A stretch of DNA of 64,000 nt. Source: Rebecca billardiae RCC1528. Its lineage: Eukaryota > Protista > Haptophyta. The DNA lies in NCBI GenBank assembly GCA_965240325.2, contig OZ251239.1, forward strand, positions 62,001 to 126,000, in the 5' to 3' direction. The notes under the pieces were generated by a model. It was not told the DNA's origin. It saw only the letters and a program-made list of their open reading frames with translations, and did no database searches. This document shows positions 12,184 to 26,238 of this stretch, in pieces. The translations under genes and the position numbers were made by a program. The first letter of the stretch is position 1. Each line of letters opens with the position of its first letter.

Positions 12184-12262
<79 letters not shown>

Positions 12263-13388
12263 GCTCGGCGAGGAGGAGCGCGGCGGAGGGCGTCGCGCCG
12301 AGCGGCGCGAGCTCGGCCGCGCGCAGCTCCTCGCGCCGCGCGTACCACCAGCCCAGCAGCCCCGCCTCGCCCTCCTGCCCGGCGCTGCCGTCCGCGGCCG
12401 CGGCGACGCTCGGCGCCCAGCGCTCCCCGTGCGCCGCCCACGCGCGCACGAGCGCGTCCACGCGCAGCGCGTCGCGCGTGCCAGACTGCGCGTCCTCCGC
12501 GTCGACCGAGACGAGGTCGACCAGCCACTCCGCCACGCCCACGTCCGCCGGCCGCCTGTACCCCAGCCCCGCGAAGTACCGCTCGGCGGCGCCGCGCGCG
12601 CCATGGTACACGACGCGCCCGCCGGCCGCGAGGAGCAGCACGTCGTCCAGCGCCTTGAAGATGAGCGCGCGGGGCTGGTGCAGGGTGAGCACGACGGGGA
12701 GCGAGCGCGCGGCGGCGAGCGCGCGCAGCTCGCGCACCACCGCCAGCGCCGCCGACGCGTCGAGCCCCGACGTCGGCTCGTCCGCGAGCAGCAGCCGCGG
12801 CAGCGCCAGCAGCGCGGCGCACCCGATAGACAGCCGGCGCGCCTCGCCGCCCGAGATGCCCGCGCCGGAGCGGAGGCCGGCGGCGGCGCGCTCGCCCACG
12901 CGGGTGTGCGCGGCGTGGTTGAGTCGCAGCGCGTGCAGCGCGCCGCGCGCGTCCGCGCTCGCGTTCGGCCGCCCGTGCAGCGCCGCGGCCGTGCGGAGCG
13001 TCTCGAAGACGGTGAGGCCGCCAAAGTGCGCGGCCGCCTGCGGCAGCAGCGCGACGTCGCCCGAGGCGAGGGAGACGGGCTGGCCGGAGGGGACGAAGAT
13101 GACCTCGCCCGACGCGCGCACCCCGCCCCCCGCGCGCAGCCCGCCGCTCAGCAGGTGCAGCAGCGTCGTCTTGCCCGCGCCCGACGGGCCGAGGATGCCG
13201 AGCACGCGCCCGCCGCCGAGCGCGCCGCTGGTCGGGTGGAGGATGGTGCGCCCGCGCACGCGCACGGCGCACTCGCGCCACTCGATGCCCTCGCCGCGCT
13301 CCGCGCACGACGCCGCCGCCGCGCACGCCAGCACCGCCGCCGCGCACCGAAGCGCGCCGCTCGGCCCCGTCCTCGTCGTCGTCGGCAT
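10866..13388 (-). CDS. ABCG (White-family) half transporter
   Basis: Walker A GPSGAGKTT, signature ISGGEARR, Walker B LLLADEPTSGLD, H-loop HQPR, then ABC2-type TM helices. N-terminal hydrophobic leader and poly-Gly insertions. Confidence 0.9.
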
Positions 13389-13709
13389 CGCTCTGCTTGC
13401 GCCGAGCTGCGTGCGGCTCCTCTTGAGCGCGGCGCGTCGTCGCCGCCCGCCTCGTCATTAATTCGGCGCGAGCTGGTGGGGCCCCACCCGAGCTCGTGAA
13501 ATCTGAAATCTGAATCTCGCTAGTTACATCATTCTGATCAAGCCGCGTAACGACCTAGGCGGCGAATTCTCGCCGGGTTGACGACTGCTGCACACTACTT
13601 GGCGCCGGCAGGGCGCAAGACAAGCTCGGGGCGGAGAGAGGCGGGGCGCCCGTGGCACGCAGCACACGGCCGGGCGCGAGGCGCCGCCCACCGCGCGGCG
13701 CGCCTCGAG

Positions 13710-15380
13710 ATGAGCGCCGCCGCCACGCGCCGCTCCACCGCGCGCCCCGCGCGCATCACGCGCGAGGACACCTTCTCCATCGACGAGCTGCGCGCGCACG
13801 CCGCGGGCGAGCTGGCGCCTCTGGACGGGCCGCTGTCCTCGCCCGACGCGGCGCTGCGCGCGCAGAGCAAGCCGTGGAAGCGGCTCTCGCGCGCGAGCAG
13901 GGGGCGCGCGCTGCTCCCCGCGCTCGCCTCGGCGGGCGAGCACGCCGACGCGCCCGCCGACGCCTCCGCCGTCCAGCGCACCACCACCGAGCCGCTGCTG
14001 CCGCAGCTCGGCGCCGCCGCCGGCCGGCGCAGCGTCGCCGCGCGCGCGCAGAGCGGGTACGAGGTGGTGGTGACGACGCTGCCGTCGATCACGCGCGAGA
14101 TGAGCCTCGTCATCGGCGCCGACGCCGACGCGGACGGCGCGTCCGACGCGGCCTCGGACGAGGGCGGCGCGGACGGCGGCGGCGACGGCGGCGCGCCGCC
14201 CGCCGTCGCGGCCGCGCCGCCGCCGCCGCCGCCGCCCGACGCGGCGGCGCGCGCGCGCGCGGCGGCGCAGGCGCGCGCGCGCGCGAGCGCGCCCTTCCGC
14301 GAGGCCAAGGCGTCCGCGCGCGAGGCGTACGCCGCCGGCCGCTACGCCGACGCGCTGCAGCAGCTGCGCACGTGCGCGCGGCTGCGGCCGATGTGCGCGG
14401 CCACACTCAGGTTTGAGGCCCGGGCTCGCGAGAAGCTGGGCGACGGGGCGGGGGCGCTGCGCGCGCTCGAGGCGGCGGCGCGGGCGGAGCCGCACAACGC
14501 GCTCACGCGCGCGCGCCTCTCCCGCGCGCTCGAGCGCCGCGCGCAGTACGGCGAGGCCGCGAGCGCGCGCGCGCAGGCGCTCGCCATGCTGCCGTCCGAG
14601 CGGGGCGCGCCGGCCGAGCGCGGCGGCGCGGGCGCGCGCGCGGCGGCGGCGCGCGCGCTCGCCGCGCAGGCGGCGGCGCGCGGCGCGCGCGCGCCCGACG
14701 CGCGCTCCCTCTCGCCGCCCGAGCCGCGCGGCCTCGGCGGCGCCGGCGGCGCGGGCCCGCCGCCGCCGTCGCCCGCGCGCCGGCTTGCGCAGCCGGGGCC
14801 GGCGGCGGGCGGCGCGGGCGGCGGCGCCCCGGCCGCGCCCTCCGCCATCCGGCCGCGCGAGGGCCGGAGCCCCTCGCCCACCGCGCCGCCCGCCGGCGGC
14901 GCCGCCGCCGCCGCGCCGCCGCCGCCGCCGTCGGCGTCGCCCTCGCCGCCGCCGCTGCCCGCCGCGCGGCGCGCGGCGCGCGGGTCGGCCGACGGCGGCG
15001 GCGGCAGCGCGGCCGCGCCGGGCGGCGGCGCCGAGGCGGCGGGCCAGACGCCGTTCGAGTCGGTGCTCACGGCGGTGCGGCGCAACCGCGCGTACCCCGA
15101 GGGCCGCCGCGCGCGCGCGCCGCGCTCCGTCATCTTCGACCACTGGCAAGAAGGCGGCGGCGCGCCGGGCGGCGCGCGCAGCAACGCAGCCGAGCGCGGC
15201 GGCGGCGCGGCCGCGCCGCCGCCGCCGCCGCCGGCCGAGGCGCCGGCGGGCGTGCGCGTGGAGATGGTTGGGCGCGGCACGGCGCGCGTGGAGTGGTGGA
15301 TGCCGGCCGACCAGCGCGACGCCTCGCCGCCGCTCTCGCCCGCGAAGCGCCGCAGCAGGGCGCCCGCGCCGCCGGCCGCA

Positions 15381-15422
<42 letters not shown>

Positions 15423-17789
15423 AGCTTTGGTGGGCGGCGCGGCTCGCGCGGAGCGCGCGCGCCCGCGGCGCGGCAGCCCAGCGGCGGTGGCGGCGGCGGG
15501 AGCTTTGGCGCGGCGCGCGCGGCGCTCGCGCCCGTCGCGCCGCCGCCGCGCGCGCTTGGCCCTCCCGAGCGCAGCTTCTGCCTCGGCCTCGCCCTCGACG
15601 GCACCATCGTGCGCGTGGCAGAGACTGGCGAGGCAGCGGACGCGGACGCGGACGCGGCGGGGGCGGCGGTGCAGGCGGCGGCCGAGGCGGTGCCGGCGGG
15701 CGGTGCGGCGGCGAGTGGCGGCGGTGCGGCGCTGCGCGTCGAGCTGTGCGCGTGGGAGGTCTCCTGGGACGCCCGCCTCGGCGCCATCGCCGAGCGCTAC
15801 AGCGGCTGGGCGCTCGTCTGCACGCTGCCGCCCGAAGCGCGCGCCGTGCGCGTGGGCGGGCTGCGCGAACGCACGCACTACGTCTTTCGGGTGCGGCCGG
15901 TGGGCGGCGAGGGCGGCGAGGGCGGCGCGGAGGCGGGGACGGAGGCGGACGCGCTGCTCACGCCCGACTGGGCCGCGCCGCGCCCGCGCACGCCGCCCAT
16001 CCCGCGCGCGTGGCGCGCCATCGACGTCCACGAGCTGATCGCCGCGGAGGGCGGCGGCGCGCCCGCCGGCGGCGGCGGCGGCGGGCCGGGCCGTCCGCGG
16101 CGCGTCTCGTCGCTCGGGCGGCGCGCCTCGGTGGCGAGCGTCGCGTCCGCCGCGGCGGAGCCAGCCGACCTCCTGCTCCTCGCGCCCGCGCGCGCGACCG
16201 CCGAGGCGGACGCGGCGAGCGCGCGCGCGGAGGTGCTCGCTGCGCTGCGCGCGCACCAGCGGCCCCTGCGCCAGCTCTTTGCGCTGTACGCAGCGGACGG
16301 ACTGGGCGCGGCGGCGGGCGCGCTGGGCGCGGCGGCGGGCGCTCTGGGCGCGGCGGCGGAGGGCGCGCTGGGCGCTGGTGTGGACGAGCCGGCGGGTGCG
16401 GGCGCGAGGCTGGGCGCGGGCGGCGCGGGCGGCGCGGCCGCGCGCGCGAGCCTGCACCTGCGCCAGTGGCTGCGGCTGTGCGCGGACGCGGGCATCGGCG
16501 GTGCGGACGAGTTGGCCGCGGGCGCCGCACCCGCCACGCCCGCCGCCGCACCCGCCACGCCCGCCGCCGCCACCGCCGCCGCCGCCACCGCCGCACCCGC
16601 CGCCACGCCCGCCCCCGCCACCGGCGGCGGCCTGCTCAGCGTGGAGCGGCTCGAGCGCATCTTCGTCTCCGCGGCGAACGAGGCGCGCGCCGACGCGGAC
16701 GCGCCCGACGACGCCGCCGCGGCCGCCGCGGTTGAGCTGACGGACGCGGAGGCCGAGGCGGAGGCGGAGGCGGAGGCGGAGGCGGCGCTCGAGGCGGCGA
16801 GGGCGCGCGCGGCCGCGGAGGAGGCCGCGGCCGCCGCGTGGCTCGCCGACGACCCGGCGGCGCAGCGGGCCGCGGGCGCGCTCACCAGCCGCAGCAGCAG
16901 CAGCAGCGGGAGCAGCGACGACGGCAGCGCGCACCGCAAGCGCCCGCCGCCCCCGGTGACAGCGCTCAGCCTCCGAGCCTTTGTCGCCGCCGTCGTGCGC
17001 GCCGCCGCGGCGCTCTGTGCGGCCGAGCTGGCGCGAGCGCGCGCGGCCGCGCCCGCCACGCTCTCCCCGCCGCCGCCGGGCCCGCCGCCGCTCGGCGCGC
17101 ACGCGCGCGCGCTGCTCGACGAGAAGCTGGCGCCGCTGCACGGCCGCGCCGTGCGCGTGCCCGACGGCTTCGGCCGCGCCTTTCTCACGCCGCGCGTGCG
17201 AGCGGTGCTGGGCAAGCACGAGGCCTCGCTGCGCGCCGCGTTCGACTCGGGGGCGGACGATGCGGGCGGTGGTGGCGGCGGCGGCGCGGCGACGGGCGCC
17301 GCCGGCGCGGAGGCGCGGGCGGGTGCGGAGGAGGGGCGGCTACTCTCGCTGCGCGCGCTGCTGCGGCTGCTGCGCGACGGCGGCCTGCTGAGCGACGGCG
17401 CTCCCCTCGGCGTGCAGGACGCGGCGCGGATCGCGCTCGCGGCGAGCGCGGACGAGCCGCCGCCGCTGCCGCCGCGGCGCGGGAGCGGCGCGGATGGCGG
17501 CGCGGACGAGCCGCCGCCCTCGCCCTCGCCCAAGCGGTACGCCGGGCCCGCCGCCGCGCGCGCCGCCGACGACGACGCCGACGACGAGGCCGCGCTGCCG
17601 CGGCTCAGCTTTGGCGCGTTCGCGTGCGCCGTCGCGCGCGTCGGCCGGCACAAGACGGGCGCGGCCGACGCGCTTCGGTTCGAGGTGCTGCTCGACGAGT
17701 GGCTGGGCGCCAGCTTCGCGCCCGCCGTCGCGCGCGCGCGCGCGCGGCAGCAGCGGGCGGAGCCCGACGCGGCGGGCTCGGCGGCGTAG
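13710..17789 (+). CDS. Large low-complexity protein with TPR repeats and a fibronectin type III domain
   Basis: TPR-like AREAYAAGRYADALQQL…AREKLGDGAGALRALEAAARAEPHN. FN3-like APAGVRVEMVGRGTARVEWW…VRVGGLRERTHYVFRVRPV. Long ORF with host codon bias. Confidence 0.7.
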
Positions 17790-18382
17790 GCGGTCTGCCT
17801 TATCGTCCCCTGACGAGAAGGTTACATCCGCACACCTACTAGACGCTGATAGTAACACCTAGTACGACGCGGAGGATAATCAGATTCGTCACTGGAGACA
17901 ACGCGAAACATCCGAAACCTCAAACCACACACACACAAATATATATATATATATTAATGTCAAAATATAAAGAACACAAAATTAAAACCAAAATAAAATT
18001 CACCATTTACGCATGCCAACGGCATCATGATCATTTTTATTACTATCTAAATTTTATTTTGATAGTAATACATTGTTATTACTAACTAGTATAATGACGT
18101 TGTTACTGCTATAGTTAGTAACATTGGTAGCTATCTCGGTAGTGACACTGTCACTACTAAGCTAGATCTATAATTCAATCTATACTTGCTATAATACTAT
18201 ACTTCAATCCCGGTCAGTCATCTCAGACATTGATAGATAGATATCCGACTCGAGTCGTCTCGGCGTCTGTCATTCTCTTGAAAGTTATTCTGGCGTCCGC
18301 CGGAACAGTCATCAGCATAGTCTAGCTGCTCTCTCTCTCGTCTCTAGCTAAGCTGCTACTAGAATCATTATCATCATCATCA

Positions 18383-18415
<33 letters not shown>

Positions 18416-18462
18416 GTCGTCTGAATAGTAAAGCTTGTTACAAAGTACGACTACTAAATATA

Positions 18463-18970
18463 CAGGCAATCGCGGGCAATAAGGAGCTGTCACGTTAAGA
18501 AACTGGGGCTTGCTATCTGCGGATCTGGCCTAGAAACTGAGGCTAGCGATTGGCTGGTTCGCTATACGCATAGTCACACTAAGAAACCGGGACTACGTCG
18601 TCCCGGCTGACGAGTGGTCCGCCGAGGGGCGAGGCGCAGTCGGCCCGTCGGGGACGCGGCGCGCGGCCCGACTACGAGTACAGGCCAAGTCCCGACTTCT
18701 CCTGATGACTGACTCCTGGCCAGTGCACCGCAGCATCCATGCAACATCATGATGCCAGATTTGCTCCAAAAAGGCCCAAAAGATTCGTCGGACTCGCCGG
18801 CCGGGCCTAAAGACTCAGCCGGGGGCTCTGCCCCCCTGCGCCCCCCGCGCCTGCGCGGCGGGCGGACCTAGCTAAGAAACTGAGACTCCGTAGGCGCTCG
18901 GGCTACCGAACGGCTAAGAAACCGAGGCTAGCCGTGAGATCTCTGACTTCTTATTGCCCGCGATTGCCTG
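18463..18970. mobile_element. 508-bp MITE, Tc1/mariner/pogo type
   Basis: Perfect 21-bp TIR CAGGCAATCGCGGGCAATAAG; TA at 18461-62 and 18971-72; about five subterminal TAAGAAAC(T/C)G(A/G)G(G/A)CT-like motifs. Confidence 0.92.
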
Positions 18971-19032
18971 TACTAACTTTAGCGTGTATCTGTGAAGTCC
19001 TGTCTAACTACCCGTTCGACCGCCTATGCCCT

Positions 19033-19510
19033 ATCCGGACGGGGCATCGAGCTCGAGCCAGGCCCGCATCCAGACCTGCGTGTAAAGTTGTAAAGTGTAA
19101 AGTAGGTCCGGGAGCCCAGCCGGACATGTCCGGCCAGTCCGACCGGACGCGTGCGGCCGGGCCGTGCCAGCTGCCACCGGGCCCGGCACTCTCCGGCGCC
19201 TCCGCCCGGCGCCGGCCGGTTGCCGGGGCGCCGCGGCCGAGAGGCAGTGCAAAGTTGTAAAGTGTAAAGTACATCCGGGAGCCAGGCCGGACCTATCCGG
19301 ACAGCCGTCCGGCCACGCACGCGTGCGGGCTGTGCCGACGCGCCGCGCCGGCCGGCTGCCGGGCGCACGAGGGCGTGTATGACAGTGTGAAAAAGTAAAT
19401 CCGGGCGCCTCCGGACGGGGCATCGCGCGCCGCGCAAGCTGCTTGGCCCAGCAACCCCCCGTGAAAGTTGTAAAGTGTAAAGTAAGTCCGGGGCTTTCGC
19501 GGGTCCAATC
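19033..19510 (-). repeat. Short, diverged inverted copy of the ~180-bp satellite found at 21628-26238
   Basis: AAAGTTGTAAAGTGTAAAGTA cores at ~19084, ~19251 and ~19464, with flanks complementary to both satellite spacers. Confidence 0.85.
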
Positions 19511-19884
19511 CGGGATCCCGCAGCCCGAGCGGCGGCGCGATGTTCGCCGCCATGGTCGATGGTGTTCGCAAGCACGTTCAGAAGCCGCCCGCCCTCGACG
19601 ACGCGATCTGCACGTGCGCGCGTTGGTCAGAGCACACGCGTGACGTGGGTGAGTCGGGGGACTACCCACTACGAAGCAAAGTAGAGCGTGAAGCAAGGTA
19701 GAGTGTGTTTCCGCGTGCGCGCTCGGGCAGCTCTGCTGTGACCCCTCGGCCACGTCGTGATGTGTGCGTCCGCGCGCACGGCCACGCCAGCGTGGCCAGT
19801 GCGCTTCCTCTTCAACGACACCAACGAGCTCGCCCTGGCGCACAACGTTGGCAGCAGCGCCGTGACTACACGGCTGCTGGTGGT

Positions 19885-20430
19885 GCGCGCGTCCGGTTGG
19901 CCACACCCTCGTGACTCTGCGGCTGCGCGCAGAAGCAGCGCCACCGGCGTGCTGCTGCCTGCCGGCATGCTGGTGGCGCCCGCGCCCGCGCCGCCGCCGC
20001 CATTTTGTGACCGTCCCACAGTGCGCCCCGCTGCATGCGCCTTGTGGCGCGCGTCCGGTTGGCCACAGCCTCGTGACTCTGCGGCTCTGCGGCTGCGCGC
20101 ACAAGCAGCGCCACCGTCGTGCTGCCGCTGCCGGCATGCTGATGGCGCCCGCGCCCGCGCCGCCGCCGCCATTTTGTGACCTTCCCGCGCCGTGCGCCCC
20201 GCTGCATGCGCCGTCTGGGGCGCGTCCGGTTGACCGCAGCCTCGTGACTCTGCGGCTGCGCGCGCAAGCATCGCCACTGGCGTGCTGCCGCTGCTCGCAT
20301 GCTGATGGCGCCCGCGCCCGCGCCGCCGCCGCCATTTTGTGACCTTCCCGCGCGGTGCGCCCCGCTGCATGCGCCGTCTGGGGCGCGTCCAGTTAGCCAC
20401 AGCCTCGTGACTCTGCGTCTCTGCGGCTGC
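19885..20430. repeat. Tandem repeat, ~3.3 units of ~165-175 bp
   Basis: Recurrent cctcgtgactctgcgg…gcatgctg(g/a)tggcgcccgcgcccgcgccgccgccgccattttgtgacc. Confidence 0.8.
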
Positions 20431-21627
20431 ACGCGCATCTACCGCGGCGGGCTGCGCCTGCTGTTCACGGCCAAGGCGGACGGCGACCCCCGTACATCCC
20501 CGCCGCGGTCGTTGCCACCGCCGGCGACGGCGTCGTGCGCTGCGAGTGGCTTGCGCGCCTGCCCGCGTGGCACGCCCTCCGCACCCGCACTGTGCCCGCG
20601 GCTTGGCCCACACGCGTGCACAACGAGGCGGTCGAATGGGCAGCGCGTGCGTAGACGGCACCTGCGCCGTCGGGTCAGCGCCGCCCGTGCGCCGGGCGTG
20701 CGCACCTTCCCGCCTCGCCAGCTGGCGCGCGAACCGCCCTCGCCGCGTGGCTAAACGAGCAGCTCGGCTCGCGCGGCGCGGGCGAGCCGATCAGTGCGCG
20801 CCCGGCGGCGCCGGGCGCTGGCCGCCGATTACGCGCGTGTACGCGGGGCGCTCGCCGGGTCTACTCGCGACGTGCTCGACGGCGAGTCGATGGTGTGACT
20901 ACAAGCGCAGTGAGCACTGGCGGCGGATTGTCTTCTACTTCGCCAAGCTAGACGGCATCGACCTCTGCTGCGTGGACGACGCGTGTGTCCACGCGCACGG
21001 CCGCGCAGGCGCAGCTGCCGTGCGCCTTCGTGGCTTCCTTTTGACGGTGCCGACGGGCTCGCCCCCTCACCACGCGTGGCCTGCGCGGCCGTGCAGCGCG
21101 GGCACGGTGGCTCGCGCGGCAAGGCGCCGGTTGCGCGCTCGCAGCAGTTTGCAGCCCTCCGGCGCGCGGCGTTTGCTGCAGCGCCGTGACCACGCGGCTG
21201 TGGGCCGCGCCACTGGTGCTGCTGGCCGCCGCGGCCATGCCGCCGCCGCCATGATACGACCTTTTCGCGCTGTGCGCCCCGCTACACACAGCATGCGTGG
21301 ACGACCGCGCTGCGCCTCGCGCCAAATGGCGCCCAGCAATACGGATGCGCACTGCACACTGCGTGCAGCGGGTTGAACGGCCCTGGCTGTGGCGTGCAAC
21401 GTGCGCCGTAGAGGCGTGACTCGCCAGCCCGCGGCGGGCGTAGCGCGCGCACGCACGGGCGAGCAGCACTACTGCGTGTTGCTCAGCCGCGCCCGCGCCG
21501 CGCCATCGGTAGGTGGTGGCGCCCTCGACCGGCATCGAATCGCCCTCCCTCACCTACCTCCCTCGCCCGGGCGGGTCGATCGCGGGCGCCGGCATCGCGA
21601 TCAAATCGCGTCCGGCCGCGTCGTCCC

Positions 21628-24600
21628 GCCCGGACTTACTTTACACTTTACAACTTTACAGGCCCTCTCGCGCCCGCCGGCCGGCGGCGCGGCGGCCACG
21701 GCACGCGTCCGGTCGGACTGGCCGGACATATCCGGCTGGGCTCCCGGACCTACTTTACACTTTACAACTTTACACGCCGGGCTGGGTGCTGGCCTGGCTC
21801 GTGCTCGATGCCCCGTCCGGACGTGACGCGCTCCCGGACCTACTTTACACTTTACAACTTTACAGGCCCTCTCGCGCTGACGCGGCCGGCGGCGCGGCGG
21901 CCAGCATGCGTCCGGTCGGACTGGCCGGACTTGTCCGGCTGGGCTCCCGGACCTACTTTACACTTTACAACTTTACACGCCGGGCTCAGGGTGCTGGCCT
22001 GGCTCGTGCTCGATGCCCCGTCCGGACGTGCGCTCCCGGACCTACTTTACACTTTATACAACTTTACAGGCCCTCTCGCCCCCGCGGCCGGCGGCGCGGC
22101 GGCCAGCATGCGTCCGGTCGGACTGGCCGGACATGTCCGGCTGGGCTCCCGGACCTACTTTACACTTTACAACTTTACACGCCGGGCTGGGTGCTGGCCT
22201 GGCTCGTGCTCGATGCCCCGTCCGGACGTGCGCTCCCGGACCTACTTTACACTTTATACAACTTTACAGGCCCTCTCGCCCCCGCGGCCGGCGGCGCGGC
22301 GGCCAGCATGCGTCCGGTCGGACTGGCCGGACATGTCCGGCTGGGCTCCCGGACCTACTTTACACTTTACAACTTTACACGCCGGGCTGGGTGCTGGCCT
22401 GGCTCGTGCTCGATGCCCCGTCCGGACGTGCGCTCCCGGACCTACTTTACACTTTATACAACTTTACAGGCCCTCTCGCCCCCGCGGCCGGCGGCGCGGC
22501 GGCCAGCATGCGTCCGGTCGAACTGGCCGGACATGTCCGGCTGGGCTCCCGGACCTACTTTACACTTTACAACTTTACACGCCGGGCTGGGTGCTGGCAT
22601 GGCTCGTGCTCGATGCCCCGTCCGGACGTGCGCTCCCGGACTTACTTTACACTTTACAACTTTACAGGCCCTCTCGCCCCCGCGGCCGGCGGCGCGGCGG
22701 CCAGCACGCGTCCGGTCGGACTGGCCGGACGTGTCCGGCTGGGCTCCCGGACCTACTTTACACTTTACAACTTTACACGCCGGGCTGGGTGCTGGCCTGG
22801 CTCATGGTCGATGCCCCGTCCGGACGTGCGCTCCCGGACTTACTTTACACTTTACAACTTTACAGGCCCTCTCGCGCCCGCGGCCGGCGCGGCGGCCAGC
22901 ACGCCGTCCGGTCGGACTGGCCGGACGTGTCCGGCTGGGCTCCCGGACCTACTTTACACTTTACAACTTTACACGCCGGGCTGGGTGCTGGCCTGGCTCG
23001 TGCTCGATGCCCCGTCCGGACGTGCGCTCCCGGACTTACTTTACACTTTACAACTTTACAGGCCCTCTCGCGCCCGCGGCCGGCGGCGCGGCGGCCAGCA
23101 TGCGTCCGGTCGGACTGGCCGGACATGTCCGGCTGGGCTCCCGGACCTACTTTACACTTTACAACTTTACACGCCGGGCTGGGTGCTGGCCTGGCTCGTG
23201 CTCGATGCCCCGTCCGGACAGGCGCTCCCGGACTTACTTTACAAGCTTTACAACTCTACAGCCTTACAGGCCCTCTCTCTCTCTCGCGCCCGCGGCCGGC
23301 GGCGCGGCGGCCAGCACGCGTCCGGTCGGACTGGCCGGACATGTCCGGCTGGGCTCCCGGACCTACTTTACACTTTACAACTTTACACGCCGGGCTGGGT
23401 GCTGGCCTGGCTCGTGCTCGATGCCCCGTCCGGACGTGCGCTCCCGGACCTACTCATAGTACTTTACACTTTACAACTTTACTGTTTACAGGCCCTCTCG
23501 CGCTGACTGACGCGGCCGGCGGCGCGGCGGCCAGCATGCGTCCGGTCGGACTGGCCGGACATGTCCGGCTGGGCTCCCGGCAACTTTACACGCCGGGCTG
23601 GGTGCTGGCCTGGCTCGTGCTCGATGCCCCGTCCGGACGTGCGCTCCCGGACTTACTTTACACTTTACAACTTTACAGGCCCTCTCGCGCCCGCGGCCGG
23701 CGGCCGGCGGCGGCCAGCATGCGTCCGGTCGGACTGGCCGGACATGTCCGGCTGGGCTCCCGGACCTACTTTACACTTTACAACTTTACAGGCCGGGCTG
23801 GGTGCTGGCCTGGCTCGTGCTCGATGCCCCGTCCGGACGTGCGCTCCCGGACCTACTTTACACTTTACAACTTTACAGGCCCTCTCGCCCCCGCGGCCGC
23901 GGCGGCGCGACGGCCAGCATGCGTCCGGTCGGACTGGCCGGACTTGTCCGGCTGGGCTCCCGGACCTACTTTATACACTTTACAACTTTACACGCCGGGC
24001 TGGGTGCTGGCCTGGCTCGTGCTCGATGCCCCGTCCGGACGTGCGCTCCCGGACTTACTTTACACTTTACAACTTTACAGGCGGCCCTCTCGCGCCCGCG
24101 GCCGGCGGCGCGGCGGCCAGCACGCATCCGGTCGGACTGGCCGGACATGTCCGGCTGGGCTGCCGGACCTACTTTACACTTTACAACTTTACACGCCGGG
24201 CTGGGTGCTGGCCTGGCTCGTGCTCGATGCCCCGTCCGGACGTGCGCTCCCGGACTTACTTTACACTTTACAACTTTACAGGCCCTCTCGCGCCCGCGGC
24301 CGCGGCGGCGCGACGGCCACTCACGGGCCAGCATGCGTCCGGTCGGACTGGCCGGACTTGTCCGGCTGGGCTCCCGGACCTACTTTACACTTTACAACTT
24401 TACACGCCGGGCTGGGTGCTGGCCTGGCTCGTGCTCGATGCCCCGTCCGGACGTGCGCTCCCGGACTTACTTTACACTTTACAACTTTACAGGCCCTCTC
24501 GCGCCCGCGGCCGGCGGCGCGGCGGCCACGGCATGCGTCCCGGTCCGGTCGGACTGGCCGGACATATCCGGCTGGGCTCCCGGACCTACTTTACACTTTA

Positions 24601-26238
24601 CAACTTTACACGCCGGGCTGGGTGCTGGCCTGGCTCGTGCTCGATGCCCCGTCCGGACGTGACGCGCTCCCGGACCTACTTTACACTTTACAACTTTACA
24701 GGCCCTCTCGCGCTGACGCGGCCGGCGGCGCGGCGGCCAGCATGCGTCCGGTCGGACTGGCCGGACTTGTCCGGCTGGGCTCCCGGACCTACTTTACACT
24801 TTACAACTTTACACGCCGGGCTCAGGGTGCTGGCCTGGCTCGTGCTCGATGCCCCGTCCGGACGTGCGCTCCCGGACCTACTTTACACTTTATACAACTT
24901 TACAGGCCCTCTCGCCCCCGCGGCCGGCGGCGCGGCGGCCAGCATGCGTCCGGTCGGACTGGCCGGACATGTCCGGCTGGGCTCCCGGACCTACTTTACA
25001 CTTTACAACTTTACACGCCGGGCTGGGTGCTGGCCTGGCTCGTGCTCGATGCCCCGTCCGGACGTGCGCTCCCGGACCTACTTTACACTTTATACAACTT
25101 TACAGGCCCTCTCGCCCCCGCGGCCGGCGGCGCGGCGGCCAGCATGCGTCCGGTCGGACTGGCCGGACATGTCCGGCTGGGCTCCCGGACCTACTTTACA
25201 CTTTACAACTTTACACGCCGGGCTGGGTGCTGGCCTGGCTCGTGCTCGATGCCCCGTCCGGACGTGCGCTCCCGGACCTACTTTACACTTTATACAACTT
25301 TACAGGCCCTCTCGCCCCCGCGGCCGGCGGCGCGGCGGCCAGCATGCGTCCGGTCGAACTGGCCGGACATGTCCGGCTGGGCTCCCGGACCTACTTTACA
25401 CTTTACAACTTTACACGCCGGGCTGGGTGCTGGCATGGCTCGTGCTCGATGCCCCGTCCGGACGTGCGCTCCCGGACTTACTTTACACTTTACAACTTTA
25501 CAGGCCCTCTCGCCCCCGCGGCCGGCGGCGCGGCGGCCAGCACGCGTCCGGTCGGACTGGCCGGACGTGTCCGGCTGGGCTCCCGGACCTACTTTACAGT
25601 TTACAACTTTACACGCCGGGCTGGGTGCTGGCCTGGCTCATGGTCGATGCCCCGTCCGGACGTGCGCTCCCGGACTTACTTTACACTTTACAACTTTACA
25701 GGCCCTCTCGCGCCCGCGGCCGGCGCGGCGGCCAGCACGCCGTCCGGTCGGACTGGCCGGACGTGTCCGGCTGGGCTCCCGGACCTACTTTACACTTTAC
25801 AACTTTACACGCCGGGCTGGGTGCTGGCATGGCTCGTGCTCGATGCCCCGTCCGGACGTGCGCTCCCGGACTTACTTTACACTTTACAACTTTACAGGCC
25901 CTCTCGCCCCCGCGGCCGGCGGCGCGGCGGCCAGCACGCGTCCGGTCGGACTGGCCGGACGTGTCCGGCTGGGCTCCCGGACCTACTTTACACTTTACAA
26001 CTTTACACGCCGGGCTGGGTGCTGGCCTGGCTCGTGCTCGATGCCCCGTCCGGACGTGCGCTCCCGGACTTACTTTACACTTTACAACTTTACAGGCCCT
26101 CTCGCGCCCGCGGCCGGCGGCGCGGCGGCCAGCATGCGTCCGGTCGGACTGGCCGGACATGTCCGGCTGGGCTCCCGGACCTACTTTACACTTTACAACT
26201 TTACACGCCGGGCTGGGTGCTGGCCTGGCTCATGGTCG
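21628..26238 (+). repeat. Satellite, ~25 units of ~180 bp; each unit has two AT-rich cores alternating with two fixed GC-rich spacers
   Basis: Core CTCCCGGAC(C/T)TACTTTACACTTTACAACTTTACA followed alternately by spacer A (ggccctctcg…tccggctggg) and spacer B (cgccgggctggg…ggacgtgcg). Confidence 0.95.

Noticed and set aside
4481-17842. Numerous long overlapping or antisense Arg/Ala/Pro-rich ORFs
   Set aside because: Shadow frames expected at this GC content; no domain motifs. The same applies at 39613-42281 and 59154-63009.
19560-21600. Transposase within the foldback-like element
   Set aside because: Only scattered coding-like fragments; no DDE, HUH or tyrosine-recombinase motif recognisable.
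21628-26238. CRISPR-like array (constant ~33-bp core with spacers)
   Set aside because: Only two spacers alternate rather than unique ones; no cas genes; eukaryotic context.
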